Notes under the pieces: generated by a model
What the model saw: only the letters and a program-made list of their open reading frames with translations
What the model was told of the DNA's origin: nothing
Databases searched by the model: none
Made by a program: the position numbers and the translations under genes
IMG/VR virus record: IMGVR_UViG_3300045902_000133
Strand: one strand, 5' to 3'
DNA length: 20,000 nt
Source: an uncultured virus (IMG/VR IMGVR_UViG_3300045902_000133)
Lineage: Duplodnaviria; Heunggongvirae; Uroviricota; Caudoviricetes
Part shown: in pieces, positions 7,851-13,579 of the stretch
Layout: each line of letters begins with the position of its first letter
How positions within the stretch are numbered: the stretch's first letter is position 1

Positions 7851-8960
7851 ATGACTGCAACGAACGCTGTTCCTCCGATGATCGTCACCGACACCGGCAT
7901 TACCATCTTTATTGATGGTCAGGTGTTGGTTGCGCCGAACGATCATCCTAACTTCCAGGCCGTCAAGGATGCCATCGCTGCGTCCGATTTCGACAAGATT
8001 CCGGCACTGCTCGATGTTCGCAGCGCGGTCAACCGTTATGTCGGTTCCGTGAACGCTCCTGGTTTCACGATGATCGGTGACTTCCTCGCGCTGGATGGTA
8101 AGCCGTTCACCTTTGAAGTGACTGAAAAGGTGCTCAACATGATTGCCGAGGGTCAGCCCGCCGAACCGATTTACAACTTCCTGCGCAAGGTTCGCCAGAA
8201 CCCGCGAGTTGCTGCACAGGACGAACTCTTGCTGTTCTGCGTCGCCAACAACTTCATGATCCACGCTGATGGTGATATCATCGCCTACAAGAGCGTGCGT
8301 GGAGACTACAAGGACATTCACTCCGGCACCATCCTCAACACGGTTGGTAGCGTGGTCCAGATGCCGCGTCAGGCGGTTGACGATGATCGCGACCGCACGT
8401 GCTCGACGGGTCTGCATTTCGCCAGTTACGAATATGCGAGCACGTGGGCTGGCACGATTGATGGGGTGAACCTTCGCCTTGTCGTGATGAAGATCAATCC
8501 CGCCGATGTTGTCGCCATCCCGAGCGATTACAACAATCAGAAGGGTCGCACGTGGCGTTACGAGATCATCGCGGAAATCACGGGTCGGGGTGGCCCGCTG
8601 CCGAAGCGTGAGGTGTATACCAACAGCGATCTCGGCGTGACGAACAGCACGGATGTTAGTGAGAGTCGTTGGTCGGAGAGTGAAATCCAGCGCAAGAACG
8701 AAGTGCTCAAGGGTTGGCTCGAACGCCAGTCGGAAGTAGACCGTGAGATTGAGTCGATGCAGTCCGACCTCGATGACCTTTACGACCGCATCGCGAGGAT
8801 CAACGATCTCGGCGGTGATGCGCCGGCGCTCGAGGATGAGGCCAACGACATGGAGAACGAGATCGGAGAACTCGCCGAGGAAAGTGGTCGCCTCGCAGAC
8901 AAGATCGCTCGCATCGAGAATGAGATTCGCGATCTCGGCGGCGTTCCGGTCACGGCGTAA
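7851..8960 (+). CDS. rIIB: RIIB-like protein with acidic coiled-coil C-terminal extension
   Basis: DGDIIAYKSV, MPRQAVDDDRDRTCSTGLH and KINPADVVAIPSDYNNQKGR motifs; GAGGA RBS. Confidence 0.9.
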   Translation: MTATNAVPPMIVTDTGITIFIDGQVLVAPNDHPNFQAVKDAIAASDFDKIPALLDVRSAVNRYVGSVNAPGFTMIGDFLALDGKPFTFEVTEKVLNMIAEGQPAEPIYNFLRKVRQNPRVAAQDELLLFCVANNFMIHADGDIIAYKSVRGDYKDIHSGTILNTVGSVVQMPRQAVDDDRDRTCSTGLHFASYEYASTWAGTIDGVNLRLVVMKINPADVVAIPSDYNNQKGRTWRYEIIAEITGRGGPLPKREVYTNSDLGVTNSTDVSESRWSESEIQRKNEVLKGWLERQSEVDREIESMQSDLDDLYDRIARINDLGGDAPALEDEANDMENEIGELAEESGRLADKIARIENEIRDLGGVPVTA

Positions 8961-8991
8961 TCACCAAGGAGTCCCCAATCGGGTTGGGGCA

Positions 8992-9031
8992 GAAAAAGGG
9001 CCGAGTCCAGAAATGGACTTGACCCTTTTTC
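8992..9031 (+). terminator. intrinsic terminator
   Basis: GAAAAAGGGCCGAGTCCA-GAAA-TGGACTTGACCCTTTTTC. Confidence 0.8.
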
Positions 9032-9045
9032 GTTGGCGGGCGGCA

Positions 9046-9106
9046 TGTAACGGAATTGTAACACCGCAAAAAGGGGCTTGATTGTGTTGGGGGATTGGGG
9101 TATTAT
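9046..9106 (+). promoter_or_regulatory. TGTAAC box + promoter
   Basis: TGTAAC at 9046 and 9057; TTGATT 9078-9083, 17 nt, TATTAT 9101-9106. Confidence 0.85.
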
Positions 9107-9224
9107 TATAGTGTAATGACTGACGAAAACAAAATCGAAATGGTTGACGGGTCGCCTCACAAAGCGTAAAAACCCCCGTCACCTTCCGATTAGACAAAAC
9201 CCAACTCAAAAGAGGAAAACGAAC

Positions 9225-9518
9225 ATGACCGCAAAGGCTGCAAAGACCGTGAAGGCTCCGTCGGCCAAGGCGATGGCTCGCAAGCGCACGGTGCAGGAGC
9301 GTAAGTCGATTACCGCGCAGATCCGCTCGGCCGAGAAGATCGCCCGTTCTTTCGAGAAGGCGCGTGAGACTCTGACTGCCGAGGTGGCGAAGCTCAACGG
9401 CGATATCAAGACTCAGCTCGAGCAGGTTCTCGCACAGCTCGGCGTGGCCGCAACCATCGTCGATGCCGAGGTCGAGTCGCAGGCGGTTGCACTGGCTCGG
9501 ACGTTCGTGAAGCGATAA
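9225..9518 (+). CDS. basic Ala/Lys-rich coiled-coil protein (97 aa)
   Basis: ATG at 9225 after AGAGGA; K/A-rich N-terminus. Confidence 0.8.
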   Translation: MTAKAAKTVKAPSAKAMARKRTVQERKSITAQIRSAEKIARSFEKARETLTAEVAKLNGDIKTQLEQVLAQLGVAATIVDAEVESQAVALARTFVKR

Positions 9519-9529
9519 TCGCGTTCGTA

Positions 9530-9633
9530 ATCAACTGTCGCCACAGACGGATGGATAATCCGAAGTAGCCTAAAGGCACGGTCGTTAGACCGCCGGGGAG
9601 TGTGACGGACAGGAACCCATCCCTTCAGTTGAT
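9530..9633 (+). ncRNA. candidate structured RNA (multi-hairpin junction), family unknown
   Basis: Closed by ATCAACTG/CAGTTGAT; internal hairpins CGGAT/ATCCG, GCC/GGC and CGGTC/GACCG. Confidence 0.45.
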
Positions 9634-9638
9634 ACACC

Positions 9639-9669
9639 TCCAGGTCGTGTCGCGGTGGCACGACCTGGA
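9639..9669 (+). terminator. 13-bp GC-rich hairpin, possible terminator
   Basis: TCCAGGTCGTGTC-GCGGT-GGCACGACCTGGA; weak U-tract. Confidence 0.5.
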
Positions 9670-9684
9670 ATCGTTTGCCCGACA

Positions 9685-9701
9685 TGTAACATCCGTGTAA
9701 C
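9685..9701 (+). promoter_or_regulatory. TGTAAC-N5-TGTAAC box without an obvious promoter at the usual spacing
   Basis: Exact box; no -35/-10 pair 15 nt downstream. Confidence 0.65.
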
Positions 9702-9924
9702 AACCTTCGTTGACCCATAAGCACCTGCTCAGCGACCTGAATGATCTTTCGCCGCCGAGCGATGATCCGTGGAACGAATAACTGGGGTTGCGCCCGCAGC
9801 CCCCTCCACAAACACCAGTCAAAATGGTCACTCGCATTAACTTGCTGTCGGATCTGCCATATCAGGAAGCTGAAGATATGCCGATCTGCTGCTCGCCGGC
9901 GTCCGAAACATATTGGAGCATATA

Positions 9925-10323
9925 GTGCGCAAGACTTTCCTTGTCGTGTTCGGCGTGGATCTCGCCACCAAGCAACTCGCAACTTGGTGGTTGCCATCAT
10001 TCGTAGTATACAACACCGAGATAAGCAAGGTCGGTTTGAGCAACATCGGACATATCGTGTTGACCGTAATGCTCTGCTGGTTTTTTTGGGAGCTTGGTCA
10101 GCGACAGGACATTGCCAATATCAAGCCCTATGCTGCTACAGCGGTCGCTGGATCATTAGCTAATTTGGTGAGCTATGTATCAGATCCACCGGGTGTGCTT
10201 GATTTCATTCCCGTGCCTGGCATTGGCATTGCCAATTTCGCCGATTTTGCAATATGGGTCGGCACAATCGGTGTGGTCTATGTTGTTGCAAGACAAGCAC
10301 TTACGCTACACGCCGGCGTGTAA
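9925..10323 (+). CDS. lspA: divergent lipoprotein signal peptidase II (LspA-like)
   Basis: GTG after GGAG; DLATK (DxxTK), AGSLANL (GxxGN-like), GVLDF and ANFAD carry both catalytic-position Asp residues; four hydrophobic segments. Confidence 0.75.
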   Translation: MRKTFLVVFGVDLATKQLATWWLPSFVVYNTEISKVGLSNIGHIVLTVMLCWFFWELGQRQDIANIKPYAATAVAGSLANLVSYVSDPPGVLDFIPVPGIGIANFADFAIWVGTIGVVYVVARQALTLHAGV

Positions 10324-10379
10324 CGACCGTGTAACATGGGATTTGGGGGCTTGTGGTTTAGTCGCCTCTGGTGTATTAT
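10319..10379 (+). promoter_or_regulatory. TGTAAC box + promoter at the start of the RNA cluster
   Basis: TGTAAC at 10319 (supplies the lspA stop codon) and 10330; TTGTGG 10351-10356, 17 nt, TATTAT 10374-10379. Confidence 0.8.
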
Positions 10380-10464
10380 TTATTTAGAGTAAATGATGAA
10401 CGGTGGTCACCAACCGAAATGGTGACGGACTCTTGACCAGGTATCAAGAGCGGCACCCGTGGTC

Positions 10465-10520
10465 CGTAACAAAAGTGTTACAAAAGTAAGCTTGACCTGA
10501 GACACCGAATGGGTTATCTT
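10465..10520 (+). promoter_or_regulatory. second promoter of the RNA cluster with variant box
   Basis: CGTAAC-N5-TGTTAC 10465-10481; TTGACC 10492-10497, 17 nt, TATCTT 10515-10520. Confidence 0.7.
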
Positions 10521-10605
10521 ACTAACGTTGATTGACAAACGAAACGAGTGTCCTGCCACCGACCGTCGGGACTAATGACGGCTCTCGCGTCCGTCGCTCG
10601 TTTAT

Positions 10606-10677
10606 GGCGCTATCGTCTAGTGGCTAGGACATGAGACTTTCAATCTCAGAACACGGGTTCGACTCCCGTTAGCGTCA
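10606..10677 (+). tRNA. tRNA-Glu(UUC), CCA not encoded
   Basis: Acceptor GGCGCTA/TAGCGTC; anticodon arm TGAGA-CT-TTC-AA-TCTCA; T arm ACGGG-TTCGACT-CCCGT. Confidence 0.95.
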
Positions 10678-10682
10678 CCTAT

Positions 10683-10746
10683 GGTCGATGGGTATGGATG
10701 GGTCATTCGTGGGTCATCCGGACGAGTTCGAGTCTCGTTACGACCA
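10683..10746 (+). ncRNA. tRNA-like RNA lacking a D arm
   Basis: Canonical T arm ACGAG-TTCGAGT-CTCGT; acceptor-like GGTCG/CGACC; single GGATG/CATCC stem in place of the D and anticodon arms. Confidence 0.6.
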
Positions 10747-10910
10747 ATTCGATAAAGAGCTCGGCATCTCTGAAAACTGCCTATAAGAGAATGGCGCTGA
10801 TACTCTTTAATAAACTGCGCAAGTGGCTACCAGTGTGAACGGTGTTGGCGCACTAAGCACGCTCGGTAGAAGCGACCGATTTTGTATAGCGCCAAATATA
10901 CATTATCGGA

Positions 10911-10979
10911 TATCACATGGTCTAACGGATAGGACGGCCCCTGGGGGGGCAGATATGGGTTCGAGTCCCATTGTGATTA
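10911..10979 (+). ncRNA. tRNA-like RNA (Glu/Gln-type body) with 4-nt anticodon loop
   Basis: ATCACA/TGTGAT acceptor; D arm GTC-TAACGGATAG-GAC; GCCCC-TGGG-GGGGC; T arm ATGGG-TTCGAGT-CCCAT. Confidence 0.75.
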
Positions 10980-10983
10980 TAGC

Positions 10984-11037
10984 GGACATAGGAATTACCC
11001 GTCGGATGATCCGACGCAGCCGATCTCGGCGATGTTT
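10984..11037 (+). ncRNA. GGAATTACCC three-way-junction motif, copy A
   Basis: GGACAT/ATGTTT closing stem; GGAATTACCC; GTCGGA/TCCGAC; GCA; GCCG/CGGC. Confidence 0.6.
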
Positions 11038-11051
11038 GACAATCGTTGTGT

Positions 11052-11207
11052 GTGATGCCTGGCCGCCCCAAGGAGGGGTCTGTGATCAGAAACCTGCCAG
11101 TTTCTGGTCACACAGGTTGAGCAGTGGCAGCTGCAATTAGCCATTAACATAAGGCAAAAATCCGGGAAACATCTGAATAGGCGAAACCCGGACATCACCA
11201 CTATTCA
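11052..11207 (+). ncRNA. candidate ~155-nt RNA with kissing loops and pseudoknot
   Basis: GTGATG/CATCAC closure; loops CTGCCA (11094-11099) and TGGCAG (11125-11130) are complementary; TGAATAG (11174-11180) pairs with CTATTCA (11201-11207). Confidence 0.6.
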
Positions 11208-11247
11208 TCCTTAGATCAGAGGTCGAGAAATTCTCGGGGTGATTTAC

Positions 11248-11320
11248 GCTTCGATAGCTCAATTGGCAGAGCAGCTGACTTTTAATCAGTAGGTTACAGG
11301 TTCGACTCCTGTTCGAAGCA
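11248..11320 (+). tRNA. tRNA-Lys(UUU), CCA not encoded
   Basis: Acceptor GCTTCGA/TCGAAGC; D arm GCTC/GAGC; GCTGA-CT-TTT-AA-TCAGT; T arm ACAGG-TTCGACT-CCTGT. Confidence 0.95.
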
Positions 11321-11374
11321 CTAAAGGCTGGAATTACCCGCTGGGTTCATACAGTGCAGCCGAATGGCGGTTAG
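11321..11374 (+). ncRNA. GGAATTACCC three-way-junction motif, copy B
   Basis: GGAATTACCC 11330-11339; GCTG/CAGT; GCA; GCC/GGC; same layout as copy A with different stem sequences. Confidence 0.6.
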
Positions 11375-11464
11375 ATAATCTCCTGTCCTTGCATAAAACT
11401 AACAACGCCAGTAAAGGTCGCTCGATGACAATACTCTAGCGGCCCGTTTGTCATTGGACCGGTA

Positions 11465-11525
11465 TGTAACATCCGTGTAACAACAGCCTAAACCCCTTGT
11501 ATTCAAACTGGTTTGGGTGTATTAT
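11465..11525 (+). promoter_or_regulatory. TGTAAC box + promoter
   Basis: TGTAAC at 11465 and 11476; TTGTAT 11497-11502, 17 nt, TATTAT 11520-11525. Confidence 0.85.
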
Positions 11526-11531
11526 TCCACT

Positions 11532-11786
11532 GTGATAAAGATGATGACATCAAAGCTCATCGTCGTTTCAAGCAACTTCGCCGTGAGGGCAAGTAACATG
11601 GCAGACCATACATTCTGGCGTTCGTGGAACATCATCGGCACCGATCTCAACGGTCGCAAGTGTCCGATTCGGCAGGTCACCATTCCTGCGAGTTACAACA
11701 CCGTGGAAGCGGCATTGCGCTACATCCAGCGCACCGTAAGTGCCACGGTATCTGAAATCGAGGCTGTCCATGATTACCAGCGCTAA
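11532..11786 (+). CDS. hypothetical protein
   Basis: In-frame GTG 6 nt after the -10 box; alternative ATG at 11598. Confidence 0.6.
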   Translation: MIKMMTSKLIVVSSNFAVRASNMADHTFWRSWNIIGTDLNGRKCPIRQVTIPASYNTVEAALRYIQRTVSATVSEIEAVHDYQR

Positions 11787-12075
11787 CCTTGAGACGTGTC
11801 AGTTTGTTTCGGCCAATGCGATCTATCGTGATGTGATCGAGCACTTTGGAATGCTCGGTGAAAGTGCCGACGATTTTCTGGACAGTATCACGGATCAAGC
11901 GCCGTGGACTTGGGGCGACACGAACCGTGTAATGGTGGGCAACAACGAGTTTGTGGAGTTTCTCATCAATCGGCTTGAGGATCTGGATTACAACGATTCC
12001 GAGATTGACGTTTACTGCGCGAACCTGCTCGATTTTCTGGTAACGCAGTGCGCCTACGTGGACATCGCTAACTAA
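11770..12075 (+). CDS. hypothetical protein, TWGDxNR family (paralog of 2755..3009)
   Basis: ATG at 11770 after GAGG; WTWGDTNR motif and C-terminal AYVDIAN. Confidence 0.8.
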   Translation: MITSANLETCQFVSANAIYRDVIEHFGMLGESADDFLDSITDQAPWTWGDTNRVMVGNNEFVEFLINRLEDLDYNDSEIDVYCANLLDFLVTQCAYVDIAN

Positions 12076-12088
12076 CTACGGAGCAAAT

Positions 12089-12466
12089 ATGGGCAAGCTG
12101 ACTCCCAAGTGGTTTGAGTTCCGCCAGAACAACCCTGGCGGTAGGCTCGTGTTCAACGATTCCGTTGGCAACTACGTCTACATTCAGGCGTTCACCGCCG
12201 CCGAAGCAAATAGCAAGGCCGAAGACATCGGCGTGTATTTCGACGGCGTGGCCAAGGGCTATGACTGCGAATGTTGTGGCGACCGCTGGTGTTCCGTGTG
12301 GGACCGCTGCGAAGGTTCGGTAGATATGCCCAAGCAGTATGTTTGGAATCGTGGTCAGGTGGACTACGAGCTGTGCGATACCGCTCCTCGTAATAGCGAG
12401 TATGCGGTGTTCTACCATATCGACGGACGCCGTGAATATGGCGTGTCGATGGAGTCGGAAAACTAA
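12089..12466 (+). CDS. conserved phage protein with QNNxGG and DCxCCGDRW motifs
   Basis: GGAG RBS; motifs recognised from phage hypothetical proteins. Confidence 0.8.
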   Translation: MGKLTPKWFEFRQNNPGGRLVFNDSVGNYVYIQAFTAAEANSKAEDIGVYFDGVAKGYDCECCGDRWCSVWDRCEGSVDMPKQYVWNRGQVDYELCDTAPRNSEYAVFYHIDGRREYGVSMESEN

Positions 12467-12478
12467 TCCCCTCAAATA

Positions 12479-12507
12479 GAAAAAGGGCGAGAAATCGCTC
12501 TTTTTTC
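12479..12507 (+). terminator. intrinsic terminator
   Basis: GAAAAAGGGCGA-GAAA-TCGCTCTTTTTTC. Confidence 0.85.
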
Positions 12508-12520
12508 ATACCGCCCGGCC

Positions 12521-12580
12521 TGTAACGAGAATGTAACACGGAGCGTAAGGGCTTGATCGAACCCCCAGACGGTTTATATT
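12521..12580 (+). promoter_or_regulatory. TGTAAC box + promoter
   Basis: TGTAAC at 12521 and 12532; TTGATC 12553-12558, 16 nt, TATATT 12575-12580. Confidence 0.8.
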
Positions 12581-12609
12581 ACACTCATAACCTCAACACG
12601 GAGCGGCTT

Positions 12610-12756
12610 GTGGAATACGATCTCATGGATTATTCGTTTTATCTGGAAGCCGAACGCGACGCGATGCTCAGCGATGCCGTGACCGAGGAATATCCCGCCG
12701 AAGAGCAGAGCGATGTGTTTGATCAGGAAATCAAGCACATGCTTGAAATCATCTAA
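12610..12756 (+). CDS. small acidic protein (48 aa)
   Basis: GTG at 12610 after GGAG. Confidence 0.65.
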   Translation: MEYDLMDYSFYLEAERDAMLSDAVTEEYPAEEQSDVFDQEIKHMLEII

Positions 12757-12770
12757 CCCAAGAGGATACC

Positions 12771-13016
12771 ATGCTGGATTTCAACGATCTCGACAATCGT
12801 TCGCAGGAACTTGAGGACGAAATCGATGAGTCTGAGTTTGAGGAACTGACCGAGGAAGAGCTCGAGGAACTGTTTGACGACGATTTCGACGACGAAGATG
12901 ACTTCGACGACGAATATGACTTCGACGACGATATGGATGGTGACCACGCCACGGGTCTGCGTGATGCTGGCTTCGGCACTGACGAGGACTATGGTTATTA
13001 CGGCGAATGGGACTAA
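12771..13016 (+). CDS. extremely acidic protein (81 aa)
   Basis: AGAGGA RBS; 40 of 81 residues are Asp/Glu by manual count. Confidence 0.85.
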   Translation: MLDFNDLDNRSQELEDEIDESEFEELTEEELEELFDDDFDDEDDFDDEYDFDDDMDGDHATGLRDAGFGTDEDYGYYGEWD

Positions 13017-13036
13017 CGGTTCGTGTAACCGAATAA

Positions 13037-13132
13037 ATCGGCACTAGATTTTTCGGTGGGGCCGAACCGGTTTGTAACGACCGTGTAACAGACCGCATTG
13101 CCCTTGACAACCGCGCCCTTGCGGGTTATTAT
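13037..13132 (+). promoter_or_regulatory. partial third copy of the rIIA-flanking cassette joined to a different promoter
   Basis: ATCGGC-ACTAGATTTTTCGGTGGGGCCGA (3-nt deletion relative to 7629); TGTAAC at 13073 and 13084; TTGACA 13104-13109, 17 nt, TATTAT 13127-13132. Confidence 0.85.
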
Positions 13133-13165
13133 TATTATGTCACCTTTCCCCTGAACGGAGCACAC

Positions 13166-13480
13166 ATGAAAAATCGGGTCGAGCACATGGTGTACGACAA
13201 CGGGTACGAGTCATGGTCCACGTACGACGATCTCGGGAACAAGACCCATTTCCGAGACTCTAACGGATACGAGGAGTGGTCCACGTACGACGAACGCGGA
13301 AACGAAACCCATTTCCGAACCTCCACCGGGTACGAGGAATGGACCACGTACGACGATCTCGGGAACAAGACCCATTTCCGAGACTCTAACGGATACGAGG
13401 AGTGGTTCACGTATGACGAACGTGGAAACAGGATCCCCGTCCGAGACTCTGACGGGTACGAGGAATGGACCACGAACTAG
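13166..13480 (+). CDS. YD-repeat-like protein (four 21-aa repeats)
   Basis: GGAG RBS; GYEEWxTYDxxGNxTHFRDSN units; 63-bp DNA repeat. Confidence 0.8.
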   Translation: MKNRVEHMVYDNGYESWSTYDDLGNKTHFRDSNGYEEWSTYDERGNETHFRTSTGYEEWTTYDDLGNKTHFRDSNGYEEWFTYDERGNRIPVRDSDGYEEWTTN

Positions 13481-13513
13481 GTGTGACCCCCTGACACCGC
13501 GCCCACACCGGTG

Positions 13514-13573
13514 TGTAACGAAAGTGTAACGACACGTTGTTCCCCTTGTATTCCGTCCGATGTTGACTATATT
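13514..13573 (+). promoter_or_regulatory. TGTAAC box + promoter
   Basis: TGTAAC at 13514 and 13525; TTGTAT 13546-13551, 16 nt, TATATT 13568-13573. Confidence 0.85.
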
Positions 13574-13579
13574 ACTCAC

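Noticed and set aside
150..8417. Long minus-strand ORFs (150..842, 4147..4941, 5276..6163, 6311..7141, 7734..8417)
   Set aside because: They mirror plus-strand genes with recognisable motifs; antisense open frames are expected with this codon bias.
9536..9610. ZTP (pfl) riboswitch, suggested by ACAGACGG...CCGGGGAG
   Set aside because: The required 3' hairpin with CGYCUGGGC is absent; kept only as an unassigned structure.
10393..10426. Hammerhead ribozyme (TGATGA...GAAA)
   Set aside because: The core reads ATGATGA rather than CTGATGA, and stem II does not close in register.
10823..11201. ORFs 10823..11140 (+) and 10995..11201 (-)
   Set aside because: They cross tRNA-like and other structured RNA elements, lack an RBS and are not protein-like.
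13202..13477. 63-bp repeats as a CRISPR array or DGR template/variable repeat
   Set aside because: Contiguous in-frame coding repeats without spacers; differences are not adenine-specific; no reverse transcriptase seen.
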